A stretch of 32,000 nucleotides of DNA from Microbacterium phage Kauala, in the sequence record MT657344.1; one strand, written 5' to 3'. Each line of letters begins with the position of its first letter. Within the stretch, counting starts at the first letter, position 1. Under the pieces are notes generated by a model, which saw only the letters and a program-made list of their open reading frames with translations, was not told the DNA's origin and did no database searches. Of the stretch, positions 9,151 to 18,170 are shown piece by piece. Made by a program: the position numbers and the translations under genes.

Positions 9151-11286
9151 ATGGGACACCGGGTCACTCTCTGGCACGCGGCGAACACCGTGCGCACCGC
9201 TGGCGTCCTCGACCGCTACGGGGACATGATCGACGACGTGTTCCTGGTGGCGTACGAGCTGCGCACGACCGGCCTTGTCAACCTCAACATCCAGAACACT
9301 GTCGCGGCTGCGCGCGCCAAGTGGCCCCGGATCCGCTGGTGGCTGACCATCCAGTGCTTCTCCAGCACGGCCTGGAAGATGCTGGACAACGACCCGGCGT
9401 TCCGGGCCAGCATTCTCAGCCAGATGGAGGCCATCTACGCGTCCTACCCCTGGCTCTACGGCATCGACCTGGACGCCGAGGGCTTCGGCAGCAACATGAC
9501 AGTGACCGAGGCGATGAACGGCTACCGTACCCTCGGTGACCACGCTCGCACGTTCGGGAAGAAGGTGTGCGCGGCCTTGCCTGCTGCCACCGAGGGCAAC
9601 TTCAGCGTCGGCGGTGAGAACTGGCTGGACTACGCGCTCTTCGGTGCTTACTTTGACCATGTGGCCATCATGACCTACGACTTCGCCTGGTCGGGGTCTG
9701 CGCCTGGCCCGATCGCCCCCCGCTTCTGGATCCAGCAGGTCTTCGACTGGACGGTAAGCCAGATCCCGCCCGAGAAGGTGCTCATGGGGGTGCCTGCCTA
9801 CGGGCAGAACTGGTCCATCCACGCTCCGGTGGAAGACCTCCCTGGATACCCTGGCTGGCCGTACCGGGGCAACTCCGGAGCCTACTATTGGTTCTGGTAC
9901 ATGGCGACCGGCGAGTGGGGCAGCATGTCGGGCGACAGCGACCCCGACAACTGGAAGCAGACTCGTGCGAGCTGGTTCACCTACCGGGACATCGAGACGA
10001 ACAGCCCGTTCACCCTTATCGGCTGCTACTGGTGGTCAACTGCGGCGCACATCACGGGCAGCAGCGGCATGGAGCGCAACTCGTACAACGGCAAGCCCTA
10101 CCTCACTCGGTACGGACGCGCTGCTGCCACGAACGTGGGAGAGCTGGCTGACCAGCGCGTGACGACCCAGTACATGCAGCACAGCGTCCGCCCCATCCAG
10201 GTCGTGGACAGCCGTGGCGAGTGGCACAACCAGGACGTTCACAACCTGACGCTCGAGGTCCTGCAGCGCGATCCCCAGTCGGCCACCATCATGGACGACG
10301 ACTGCGCCAACACGGGAGCGCTCGACATCTACTACAGCAAGTCCGGCGCGGCCTGGACGCACTGGCGGCAGGGTGACCCCCTCCTGAACCCGCGCACCTA
10401 CGGTCAGTATCGTGTGGCCGGTGCTGGTTTCCTTAGCCTGACCGCCCTGAACGGCGGAGCCGAGGTTCACGTGCAGGGTCGTCTCCAGTTGCCCGCTGCT
10501 GGCCGTGCAGGGGTCAAGGTCGGCAGCTACGAGGCCACGGTGAACCAGTCGGGCACGGTGCAGCTCAGCCGGAATGGGACTGTCCTGGCCACATACAACG
10601 GCAGCGCCCCCGGCACCAGCACCGTCCCTGGACAGGGGCAGGCGGTCATCGGGCTGCGGGTCAGGGGCAACCGGGCAAGGGTCTACTACTCGCGCACCGA
10701 GAACAGCGTGCCCCTCCGCCTGGACTACACCGACCCCAGCTACACCCCCGGACCGAGCGGCATGGTGTCGCTGAGTGGGGCAGCGTGGTTCGATCACGTT
10801 CGCTGGGGCGACGCCTGGTGGTACAACCCCCGCGAGGCTGTCGACGTGCAGATCGGGAGCTTCACCTTCCCGAACGTGGGCCGAGTGCCCCGCACGAACG
10901 TCACCTGGGATGGCTTCAACCGCTTCCGCCCGAACGCCGACGTGGAGGAGCGCGACACCCGCACGAAGGGGATCTCGGCGGACTGGGAGTACATCCACGT
11001 CAAGGGGGTGGGCATCCCGGCAGGCCAGACGCGCCAGGTGCGCATCATACCTCGCGACATCGACTGCTGGATCGCAACGGCCTATCTGTGCGATCCCAAG
11101 GGCACCAGCCTGTCCCACTACTCCGACGCCGAGTACATGGCCTACAGCCGAGACCTGGCCGACTCCGAATGGGGCTTGGCTGGCATCGCTGTCTGGCGTC
11201 TGGGGCAGGAAGACACAAGGTTCTGGGAACGAATCAAGGGCGGACGCCTCGATCCCAGTAACAGGATCCCGATCCTGGCAGATTAG
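9151..11286 (+). CDS. tail protein with N-terminal glycoside hydrolase family 18-like domain
   Basis: 711 aa; [11 protein letters not shown] (GH18 DxDxE-like), [23 protein letters not shown] and a terminal ConA-like segment ([19 protein letters not shown]). Confidence 0.8.
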   Translation: MGHRVTLWHAANTVRTAGVLDRYGDMIDDVFLVAYELRTTGLVNLNIQNTVAAARAKWPRIRWWLTIQCFSSTAWKMLDNDPAFRASILSQMEAIYASYPWLYGIDLDAEGFGSNMTVTEAMNGYRTLGDHARTFGKKVCAALPAATEGNFSVGGENWLDYALFGAYFDHVAIMTYDFAWSGSAPGPIAPRFWIQQVFDWTVSQIPPEKVLMGVPAYGQNWSIHAPVEDLPGYPGWPYRGNSGAYYWFWYMATGEWGSMSGDSDPDNWKQTRASWFTYRDIETNSPFTLIGCYWWSTAAHITGSSGMERNSYNGKPYLTRYGRAAATNVGELADQRVTTQYMQHSVRPIQVVDSRGEWHNQDVHNLTLEVLQRDPQSATIMDDDCANTGALDIYYSKSGAAWTHWRQGDPLLNPRTYGQYRVAGAGFLSLTALNGGAEVHVQGRLQLPAAGRAGVKVGSYEATVNQSGTVQLSRNGTVLATYNGSAPGTSTVPGQGQAVIGLRVRGNRARVYYSRTENSVPLRLDYTDPSYTPGPSGMVSLSGAAWFDHVRWGDAWWYNPREAVDVQIGSFTFPNVGRVPRTNVTWDGFNRFRPNADVEERDTRTKGISADWEYIHVKGVGIPAGQTRQVRIIPRDIDCWIATAYLCDPKGTSLSHYSDAEYMAYSRDLADSEWGLAGIAVWRLGQEDTRFWERIKGGRLDPSNRIPILAD

Positions 11287-11312
11287 TCCGCCACCAACCG
11301 AAGGAGAATGCA

Positions 11313-12308
11313 ATGGCCAAGTTCAGCAGCCTGATCACCGGCACCACGCCGGATCACGGCAAGAACCGGGGCAGCGACCCGAACAAGAAGCGGATCATCG
11401 TTCACCACTGGGCGGGCACGTCCGGCGGCGACACCGCGCTGATGAAGCCCAAGGGCCAGAACAGCCGTGGCGATGTGTCTGCGTCGTACATCCTGTACAG
11501 CGATGGTCGCCTGGTGGGCCAGGTCTCGGAGGACAAGTCCCCGTGGACCACCGGCTCGGCTGACTGGGGTTCGGTTACGGTCGAGACCCAGAACGCCAAG
11601 GGTGCCCCGAACTGGGACATCGACCCCCGTGCGAAGGAGAAGCTGGCTCAGCTCATGGCGGACCTCAGCGACCGCTACGGCTGGGGCGAGCTGAAGCTCG
11701 GCACGAACGTCCGGATGCACCGCGAGTTCAACGCCACGGCCTGTCCTGGCCCCGACATGGTGGCCAGCCTGCCCAGCATCGTCGCCCGCGCGAACCAGCT
11801 CCGCAAGGGCGGGGGCGGCAGCCAGCCGTCCACCGGGGGCACCTACACCGTCGTGAAGGGCGACACGCTCAGCGGCATCGCGGGCAAGCACGGCACGACC
11901 TGGCAGGAGCTCCAGAAGCTCAACGGCCTGGCCGACCCGAACAAGATCTACCCCGGCCAGAAGCTGAAGGTGCCGTCGGGCGGGGGCAGCACCCCCAGCA
12001 AGCCCAGCCAGTCCATCTCTGATGTGGCCAAGGCCGTCATCCGTGGCGACTACGGCAACGGTCAGGACCGCGTCAACCGGCTGCGCGCTGCTGGCTACGA
12101 CCCCGCCGAAGTGCAGCAGGAGGTCAACCGCCAGCTCTACGGAGGCGGCAGCAAGACCCCTGTCGCGTCCAACACGGATGCCATCGCGCGCCAGGTGATC
12201 CGGGGCGACTGGGGCAACGACCCCCAGCGGAAGCAGCGCCTGACGGCTGCGGGGTACGACTACTCCGCCATCCAGCGCCGCGTGAACGAGATCCTCGCGG
12301 GCAAGTAA
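11313..12308 (+). CDS. endolysin: N-acetylmuramoyl-L-alanine amidase + LysM + two Cpl-7-like (CW_7) repeats
   Basis: 331 aa; IIVHHWAGT ... [12 protein letters not shown] (amidase_2 motifs); [27 protein letters not shown] (LysM); [35 protein letters not shown] and [35 protein letters not shown] (Cpl-7-like). Confidence 0.93.
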   Translation: MAKFSSLITGTTPDHGKNRGSDPNKKRIIVHHWAGTSGGDTALMKPKGQNSRGDVSASYILYSDGRLVGQVSEDKSPWTTGSADWGSVTVETQNAKGAPNWDIDPRAKEKLAQLMADLSDRYGWGELKLGTNVRMHREFNATACPGPDMVASLPSIVARANQLRKGGGGSQPSTGGTYTVVKGDTLSGIAGKHGTTWQELQKLNGLADPNKIYPGQKLKVPSGGGSTPSKPSQSISDVAKAVIRGDYGNGQDRVNRLRAAGYDPAEVQQEVNRQLYGGGSKTPVASNTDAIARQVIRGDWGNDPQRKQRLTAAGYDYSAIQRRVNEILAGK

Positions 12309-12329
12309 CCACCGAAAGGAACACACCGC

Positions 12330-12716
12330 ATGCTGGAAGTCATCGAGCGTATCCTCGGCGCTCTCATGCCGCTCATGGTTGCTGTCACGACTGCCTACGG
12401 GGCTGTCCTGGTGGCCAAGGTGAACAAGATCAAGAAGGAAGCTACGGAGACCAACGCCAAGGTCGCCCAGGTTCAGTCTGACATCATCACCAACCACGGC
12501 AGCAAGAACCTGGGGGATGCCATCGACCGACTGACATCTAAGGTGGGCGTCATCTCTGACAACCAGGATGATCTGATCGCCACGGTGAAGGGGATGCAGG
12601 CGAGGGACACGGCGCTGGAAACCAGGATGAGCGCCCTGGAGCAGCGCCGTGTCCCCCACGGATCCCACACACCTACCGGGCCTATCCCCCTCCGATTCAA
12701 GAGAAAGAAGAAATAA
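12330..12716 (+). CDS. DUF2746-like membrane/coiled-coil protein of the lysis cassette
   Basis: 128 aa; N-terminal TM (LMPLMVAVTTAYGAVLVAKV), coiled coil, basic C-terminus RFKRKKK; next to endolysin. Confidence 0.7.
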   Translation: MLEVIERILGALMPLMVAVTTAYGAVLVAKVNKIKKEATETNAKVAQVQSDIITNHGSKNLGDAIDRLTSKVGVISDNQDDLIATVKGMQARDTALETRMSALEQRRVPHGSHTPTGPIPLRFKRKKK

Positions 12717-13009
12717 TGGACACCATCACCACCCTCGCGACCGTTCCTGCGGTCATCGCCCTGGTCACCCTCATCAAGGACCTGGGCCTTCCCACCAAGT
12801 TCGCTCCGCTGGCTGCCGTCGTGCTCGGTGTGGCCCTGTCGGTCCTGGCGGCGCTGTCGCTGGGCACCGTGGCCAACTGGTACGAGACGGTCAGCCTGGG
12901 CGTCATCCTCGGGCTGAGCGCTGCGGGGCTGTACGACGGCGCACGGGCCATCGGCGGCACCAAGGCCGATGTCGTGGTCGTGCAGGAAGACCCCAGCACC
13001 AAGCCCTGA
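12716..13009 (+). CDS. putative holin
   Basis: 97 aa with several hydrophobic segments (VPAVIALVTLI; FAPLAAVVLGVALSVLAAL; VSLGVILGLSAAGLYDG); follows endolysin and DUF2746-like gene. Confidence 0.7.
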   Translation: MDTITTLATVPAVIALVTLIKDLGLPTKFAPLAAVVLGVALSVLAALSLGTVANWYETVSLGVILGLSAAGLYDGARAIGGTKADVVVVQEDPSTKP

Positions 13010-13022
13010 CCCCGTTCACCTC

Positions 13023-13055
13023 GAGACGCCCCCGGCCACAAGCTAGGGGCGTCTC
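13023..13055. terminator. hairpin between converging gene blocks
   Basis: Perfect 10-bp inverted repeat GAGACGCCCC (13023-13032) / GGGGCGTCTC (13046-13055), 13-nt loop, between the last + gene and first - gene. Confidence 0.75.
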
Positions 13056-13066
13056 TTGGCGTGCAG

Positions 13067-13249
13067 CTAGAGCACGGGGAAGCGCTGGCTGAGCGGCACC
13101 ACGGCGACGCCCAGGTCGGTCTCCAGGCGACCGCGCTGGTGGTCTACGCGGCGGATGCGGATGACCCGTGCCTGGTTGCCCTCGGGGTCGATGATGACCT
13201 GCCCGTGCTCGAGGTCCTCTGCGCGAACCTGCTTCAGTGCCTTGTCCAT
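13067..13249 (-). CDS. hypothetical protein
   Basis: 60 aa ORF MDKALKQVRAEDLEHGQVIIDPEGNQARVIRIRR..., collinear with the minus-strand block. Confidence 0.65.
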   Translation of the reverse strand: MDKALKQVRAEDLEHGQVIIDPEGNQARVIRIRRVDHQRGRLETDLGVAVVPLSQRFPVL

Positions 13250-13259
13250 GGTGTTCTCC

Positions 13260-13454
13260 TTACTTGCTGGCGTAGTAGGCGCGGATCTTGTCCGCGACCT
13301 GGGGTCGGTTGATCTTCATCTCGAGGGTGTCCACGAGGAAGTTGATGTCGCCCCCGTCAACCAGGGCGTCGACCAGGTCGCTGAGAGCATCCTGATAACC
13401 TGCCTGGTAAGCGCGGGCCTGAGTGTGGACCTTGAGGTTTACCTTGTGTGACAT
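13260..13454 (-). CDS. hypothetical protein
   Basis: 64 aa ORF MSHKVNLKVHTQARAYQAGYQDALSDLVDALVDG... Confidence 0.7.
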   Translation of the reverse strand: MSHKVNLKVHTQARAYQAGYQDALSDLVDALVDGGDINFLVDTLEMKINRPQVADKIRAYYASK

Positions 13455-13460
13455 GTGATC

Positions 13461-13490
13461 AGCCTACCCTCAACTTCTCAGTTGATCCAA
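13461..13490 (-). promoter_or_regulatory. putative promoter TTGGAT-N18-TAGGCT
   Basis: -35 complement at 13485-13490, -10 complement at 13461-13466; ATG of the 64-aa gene only 6 nt downstream of the -10. Confidence 0.5.
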
Positions 13491-14371
13491 GAACCCTTGG
13501 TGGGGCGGCTGCCGAAGGCGAAGCTGGCGTCGTCCTTGCTGGGCTCCAGTGTGGCCGTGAAGGCGATGCGGCGACCCTTGACGCCCGTGTACTTGCCGTC
13601 GTCGGTGCCCAGGAACCAGCAGGAGGAGCCGAAGTCGTAGATCGTGCTGCCGTCGGCCTCGATCTGCTCAAGGAAGGTGTCGAAGGCCTCTTCGCCCTGG
13701 GCCTTGGGGATGCTGACGTACACCTTGAAGCCTCGGTCGTCCTTGACCAGGATCTTGTTCTGGACACCGAAGTCGTTCTCGCGAACCTTGGCGGAGAGGA
13801 TCTCGCCGGTGACCTGCACGCGCCCGGTCGGTGCCGGGGTGCTGTCGGCCTGCTCCTGGCTGCGCTTGGTGGCGATGTCCTGCAGGGCGGTGAGCATCTT
13901 CTCGGAGTAGTTCCACTCGTCCAGGTGCCAGAGCTGCTCGGCCATCTTGGCGACGAAGCTGTTCCGCTCGGTGTAGGTGTACTCGCCACCCTCGGCGACC
14001 TGCACGTTGGCAGCCTTGCTCAGCATGGCCCAGACGTCGGGGTGCGAGGCTGCCAGCGCGTCCCAGGCGACCTGACGCTTGGCCAGCTTGGCGAGGCGCT
14101 CTTGCTCGCGCTTGGCCTCGCGACGGGCTGCTCGGCGGGCCTTGGCCTCGCACCACTTCTTAGCCTCGTCCTCGTTGGCGAAGATGTCACCGAGACGGTA
14201 CTCGTAGACGTTGCGGCAGGCGTAGCAGATGCTGTCGAAGCCGTCGAACATGTAGTGGCCGGTGCCACCACACCGACGGCAGCCCTTGGCGAAGGTGCCG
14301 TTGGACTCGACGTAGAAGTAGCCAGCGTGCTCGTGAGCGGTGATGTGGAACTGAGGGGCGGTGATGTTCAT
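13478..14371 (-). CDS. zinc-ribbon-containing phage protein
   Basis: 297 aa from ATG 14371 (MNITAPQFHITAHEHAGYFYVESNGTFAKGCRRCGGTGHYMFDGFDSICYACRN...), paired CxxC motifs. The first in-frame ATG is at 14389. Confidence 0.8.
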   Translation of the reverse strand: MNITAPQFHITAHEHAGYFYVESNGTFAKGCRRCGGTGHYMFDGFDSICYACRNVYEYRLGDIFANEDEAKKWCEAKARRAARREAKREQERLAKLAKRQVAWDALAASHPDVWAMLSKAANVQVAEGGEYTYTERNSFVAKMAEQLWHLDEWNYSEKMLTALQDIATKRSQEQADSTPAPTGRVQVTGEILSAKVRENDFGVQNKILVKDDRGFKVYVSIPKAQGEEAFDTFLEQIEADGSTIYDFGSSCWFLGTDDGKYTGVKGRRIAFTATLEPSKDDASFAFGSRPTKGSWIN

Positions 14372-14403
14372 GTGACTAGTGTGCCACAAGAAGTGAGAAT
14401 GTC

Positions 14404-14676
14404 CTAGAACCCTCTGCCAAGTACCTCAAAGAAGAACGCCAGCCCGTAGAGGCTGCCCTTGATGACGTCATCCCCGTAGATGCCCCACCAGACCAGGAAG
14501 CACACGGCAATGACCACCAGGGCCACGGCCACAAGGATGGGGATCCACACGAGGACCGCCAGCACCTTGTCCCAGAGGGTCGGCTGCGGTCCGTGGAGCT
14601 CCTCCAGCTCGGCCTCGGTGAAGGCAAGCAGGTCGTCGAAGCTGGTCACGGGGCGGGGGTCGATTTCGGTCTTCAT
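14404..14676 (-). CDS. small membrane protein
   Basis: 90 aa; VLAVLVWIPILVAVALVVIAVCFLVWW transmembrane segment. Confidence 0.75.
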   Translation of the reverse strand: MKTEIDPRPVTSFDDLLAFTEAELEELHGPQPTLWDKVLAVLVWIPILVAVALVVIAVCFLVWWGIYGDDVIKGSLYGLAFFFEVLGRGF

Positions 14677-16340
14677 GATTCCTCCTGGGGTGTCTCCTTG
14701 ATGATCTTGAGCGACTTGTTCAAGTAATGCTGATTATAGCCCATCTTGGTCTGGACCGCAAGACGCAGGAAGTCAGGGAAGTCTTCCTCGGGGCTGGCCA
14801 GCGACAGGATGAAGTCCGCCCAGCCGTGCAGCGCCGTGGACCCCAGGATGGTCTCCTGCACGGTCTCGCCCTTCTCGAACTGGCGCTTGCGAGTGTGGTG
14901 GATGAACATGATCGCGCACCCCGTCTCCTGGGCGATGCGCTTCAGGGGCTTCAGGATGCCGTACATGTCCTTGGAGTCGCTGACGTTGGCCTTGCCGATG
15001 GCCATGCTGAGCGTGTCAATGACCACCAGCCGGAGACCGTACTTCTCGATCGTCTCCAGGAGGCGCTGCTGGTGCTCGGGGGTGCTCAGGTCGGCCTCAC
15101 TGAACATGGTGAAGAGCTGCATCGGCTTGGGCGGCTCCCAGGTCAGGTCGGGCTTGATGTGGCCATCCCAGTGATACTGGAACCGACCCTTGTCCCGGTT
15201 GAGAGACGTGTCCAAGCGGGTCGCGAACAGGTACTCGCCGTCCTCCAGCGACAGGAACCCGATGGGCTGGGGCTTGCGCGTGCTGACGCCGAGAGGCTTG
15301 GTGCCCGTGGCCAGGCCGAGGGTCATCTCGATGGCGATGCGAGTCTTGCCCACCTTGGGCGCTGCCACCAGCAGCCCACACCCCCCAGCGGGAATGAAGT
15401 TAGGCAGGACCCAGTCCAGGGGCTTGTGGATCTTGGGGCCGAAGCTGCCTACGGTAGACAGCTCCCACGGGCCTACCTCCTCGGCCAGATCGCCGTCTAC
15501 GTCGGCGTGTGCCGACTGGTCTGCCTTGCTGGTGGTACTGGTCGGCTGGTTGGCAGGCTGGGCCGCGTAGGCGTTGGCTATGTCTTCCTGCAGCCGCTCG
15601 GGGTCGTCCTTCCACTTGTTCCAGTCGGTAGCCCTCAGCAGCTTGAACGTCAGGCGCTGGTCCAGCCCCAGCTCAGCCGCGTTGCGGGCGAAGCGCCAGA
15701 GAACCTTCGAGCGGTCCCCGTAGGTGTCCTGCGCGCCCAGCTCGCTCGCAAGCCCCGGCGAGAAGCCGAGGCCCTTGGCCACACGAGTGAGAAGCTGGCC
15801 CTTGGTGTACACCGTGCCCGCGCTGCGCAAGATGCGCCCCTTGAAGGGCTTGCGCTTGTGATGCCAGGTGCCGGGGACACGAAGAAGCTGCCCGATGTCG
15901 ACGCCGGACTTGTCTCCGCCGAGAGCCTGGGTCAGCATGCCCATCAGGCCGTCTCGGTGGTACTCGCTGGCAGGTACGCTCTCACGCATGAGCCAGATCG
16001 CTTGCTTGTGGCCGGGGCTGGTCTCCCAGACGTACGACGGCCGGAGCGCGGTGAGCAGGTCGTCGTTGAACGACTCATCGCAGTCTACCCAGAGCACGCG
16101 CTGGGCGGGGTACTCCTTGGCCTTGCGGCTGTCGCTGCTGCTGACTGCCGGGGTCCAGTACCAGTCAACCGAATCACGGAGGTCAGGGAGCTGGGGCTTG
16201 CGGGAACCCAACACGGGTCCCTCTCGGAACTTCTGGTTGTCTTTGGAGCCGATGTTCACGATGTGGGGCACCCAGACATTACCATCAATGCCTGAGTGCC
16301 CCCACACCTTGCGGATCAGCTCGAGAGGGTTGCTATCCAC
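14673..16340 (-). CDS. RepB-like primase domain + RepA-like hexameric ATPase/helicase
   Basis: 555 aa; N-terminal replication-protein-like region (RVLWVDCDES, HKQAIWLM, GVDIGQLLRVPGTWHHK), C-terminal GGCGLLVAAPKVGKTRIAIEMTLGLATG (Walker A), LVVIDTL (Walker B), AIMFIHHTRK. Confidence 0.85.
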   Translation of the reverse strand: MDSNPLELIRKVWGHSGIDGNVWVPHIVNIGSKDNQKFREGPVLGSRKPQLPDLRDSVDWYWTPAVSSSDSRKAKEYPAQRVLWVDCDESFNDDLLTALRPSYVWETSPGHKQAIWLMRESVPASEYHRDGLMGMLTQALGGDKSGVDIGQLLRVPGTWHHKRKPFKGRILRSAGTVYTKGQLLTRVAKGLGFSPGLASELGAQDTYGDRSKVLWRFARNAAELGLDQRLTFKLLRATDWNKWKDDPERLQEDIANAYAAQPANQPTSTTSKADQSAHADVDGDLAEEVGPWELSTVGSFGPKIHKPLDWVLPNFIPAGGCGLLVAAPKVGKTRIAIEMTLGLATGTKPLGVSTRKPQPIGFLSLEDGEYLFATRLDTSLNRDKGRFQYHWDGHIKPDLTWEPPKPMQLFTMFSEADLSTPEHQQRLLETIEKYGLRLVVIDTLSMAIGKANVSDSKDMYGILKPLKRIAQETGCAIMFIHHTRKRQFEKGETVQETILGSTALHGWADFILSLASPEEDFPDFLRLAVQTKMGYNQHYLNKSLKIIKETPQEES

Positions 16341-16609
16341 TCGACTACTTCCTGGGCCTTGGGGTCGTGGCTGACGAACGTGGTGCCGCCAGCCGCGCGG
16401 AACTTCTTGAGGTTGTAGAGCTGGGCCTCGCTGGGCTTCTCCTTGGCGCTGCGCTTGGCTTCAATGGCGAAGAACCGGCCATGCGCACACCCGAGGACAT
16501 CGGGGGTCCCCTTCTGCTGAAAGGAACCCCCGTGAGTCCGGATAGCGTACACCCCAGGCAGCGCGTTCAGCGCCTTGAGCATGTTGCGAACGATACCGGC
16601 CTCGTCCAT
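16316..16609 (-). CDS. VRR-NUC domain nuclease
   Basis: 97 aa; TPDVLGCAHGRFFAIEAKRS...SEAQLYNLKKFRAAGG, the PD-(D/E)xK VRR-NUC signature. Confidence 0.85.
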   Translation of the reverse strand: MDEAGIVRNMLKALNALPGVYAIRTHGGSFQQKGTPDVLGCAHGRFFAIEAKRSAKEKPSEAQLYNLKKFRAAGGTTFVSHDPKAQEVVEWIATLSS

Positions 16610-16612
16610 GGG

Positions 16613-17338
16613 TCAGCGCTTGCGGACGGTGCGCTTGGCAGCGGGCGCGGCCTTGCGTGCCGGTGCAGCCTTGGCAGAGGGCTTCTTGGCGGCAGCGCGG
16701 CGACGGGGAGCAGGCTCCGGCTCGGGCTCCTCCTCTTCCTCGTCGTCCTCGTAGTCCTCGTCCTCGAGCTCTTCGTCGTCGAGGTCGTCTTCGTCGAGTT
16801 CGTCTTCGTCGTCCTCTTCGTAGTCCTCCTCGTCTTCGTCGTACTCCTCGTCCTCGGCGTCGTCCTCGTACTCCTCGTCGGCCTCAGCCTCGTCGTCGTA
16901 CTCCTCCTCGTCGTCAGCCGGTGCGCTGTCGTCACCGTCCTCGTCGAGGATGTCCAGGCCGTAGGTGCCGTTCACCGTGGAGCGGAGGTTGCCCTGGTAG
17001 GTGTCGTCCTCGACCTCGGCGGCGATGAACTTGCCGACCGGACCGTTGGGGTCGATCATCTGGGCCTTCTTGGGGACCGAGATGCCAGCAGCGACCAGCA
17101 GGTCGCGGAGCTTCCAGAGCTGGTTCTGCTGGAGCTTGCAGTAGTACGGGAAGCGACGCGTCTTCAGCTTGGGGTCGGCCGGGACCAGCGCGTAGACGAG
17201 CATCGCCGTGCCGTCCTGGGCCTCGGTCTCCTGGACCGACTCCACCTTCATCTTGTGGAGGCCCTCGGTGATGTGCTTGGTGTTCCAGCCCGAGCGCTCC
17301 TCGGTCTTGGAGAAGTCAAGACGGATCTTCTTTGCCAT
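16613..17338 (-). CDS. DUF669-like/ssDNA-binding-like protein with long acidic tract and basic C-terminus
   Basis: 241 aa; compact N-terminal domain, then D/E-rich tract (aa ~131-208), then RRRAAAKKPSAKAAPARKAAPAAKRTVRKR. Confidence 0.7.
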   Translation of the reverse strand: MAKKIRLDFSKTEERSGWNTKHITEGLHKMKVESVQETEAQDGTAMLVYALVPADPKLKTRRFPYYCKLQQNQLWKLRDLLVAAGISVPKKAQMIDPNGPVGKFIAAEVEDDTYQGNLRSTVNGTYGLDILDEDGDDSAPADDEEEYDDEAEADEEYEDDAEDEEYDEDEEDYEEDDEDELDEDDLDDEELEDEDYEDDEEEEEPEPEPAPRRRAAAKKPSAKAAPARKAAPAAKRTVRKR

Positions 17339-17367
17339 GATGTGTTCCTTTTCTTGGGGTATCTCGA

Positions 17368-18033
17368 CTAGCGGGTCCAGCCGAGAAGCTGGTTGAGCCG
17401 CCCGATGCTGGGCGACTTGAGGTAGGGCGGGGTGCCCTGGTACACCTTACTACGGGCACCGGCCACAATGCTGGAGGACGGGCCGAGCCAGAGGCGGCGA
17501 ACAGGCTTGCCGTTCACGTGGGCGATGTACAGCCGACCGATGACGTCGGACATCTGCAAAAGGGCGCTGGCTGCACCAGGGGACAGGTCCACGGTCGTCA
17601 TGACGCCGGTGTCCTCGTCCACATCGTCGCTGCCCCACTCCTCGTTCGGGAGGATGAGCTTCTCCTGCGCAAGAACGATAACTTCCTTCTTCTCGTCACG
17701 GAGCGTGCGGAGCAGCGTGGCGAGGCCGTTGTTGGCTGCGCCGTAGTGCGCCTGGCTGGCAGGCTTGCCCCCAGCAGCTTCCGCCAGCATCACGGCGTGG
17801 AGTGATGTGGCCGTGTCGACGACGAACCGCTGGTGCTTGCTCAGCCAGGAGCCGTTCAGCAGCTTGTTCAGGTTGCGAGTGCTCAGGTCCTCTTCCACGG
17901 TGAAGCCCGTGGTGTCCAGGCCGATGAGACCCTGGTCGGCCGACAGGATGGCCGTCTTGCCCTTGGGGGCATCCTTGAGGGCGAGCGTGGTCTTGCCGAC
18001 CTTGGGCCTGCCGTAGATGGTCTTGACGCTCAT
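17368..18033 (-). CDS. P-loop ATPase, Sak4/RecA-like
   Basis: 221 aa from ATG 18033 (MSVKTIYGRPKVGKTTLALKDAPKGKTAILSADQG...), Walker A GRPKVGKTT, Walker B-like FVVDTATSL. The ORF-track start at 18216 is upstream of the plausible start. Confidence 0.8.
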   Translation of the reverse strand: MSVKTIYGRPKVGKTTLALKDAPKGKTAILSADQGLIGLDTTGFTVEEDLSTRNLNKLLNGSWLSKHQRFVVDTATSLHAVMLAEAAGGKPASQAHYGAANNGLATLLRTLRDEKKEVIVLAQEKLILPNEEWGSDDVDEDTGVMTTVDLSPGAASALLQMSDVIGRLYIAHVNGKPVRRLWLGPSSSIVAGARSKVYQGTPPYLKSPSIGRLNQLLGWTR

Positions 18034-18170
18034 GCTGCCAGCCCTTCCTCTCGGGACGTGTGCCACCAGGTGACCGACAGCGGGCCGACCTCGGGAGCCA
18101 GCGTGACGATGCACGCTTCCCCCTTGCCAGCTCCGCAGTAGGAGCACTCGGTGTCGAATGGCTTCTTCAC
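18030..18170 (-). CDS. small zinc-finger protein (GTG start)
   Basis: 46 aa: VKKPFDTECSYCGAGKGEACIVTLAPEVGPLSVTWWHTSREEGLAA*. C-x2-C-x7-C...H; GTGA overlap with the upstream nuclease stop and ATGA overlap with the downstream ATPase start. Confidence 0.75.
   Translation of the reverse strand: MKKPFDTECSYCGAGKGEACIVTLAPEVGPLSVTWWHTSREEGLAA

Noticed and set aside
10036-12668. Long minus-strand ORFs (425 and 461 aa) opposite the GH18-like, endolysin and DUF2746-like genes
   Set aside because: The opposite strand carries clear enzyme motifs; these are high-GC antisense artefacts.
14727-16295. 522-aa plus-strand ORF opposite the primase-helicase
   Set aside because: No motifs; the minus strand has Walker A/B and primase-like features.
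16657-17028. 123-aa Arg/Pro-rich plus-strand ORF
   Set aside because: Mirror of the GA-rich codons encoding the acidic tract on the minus strand.
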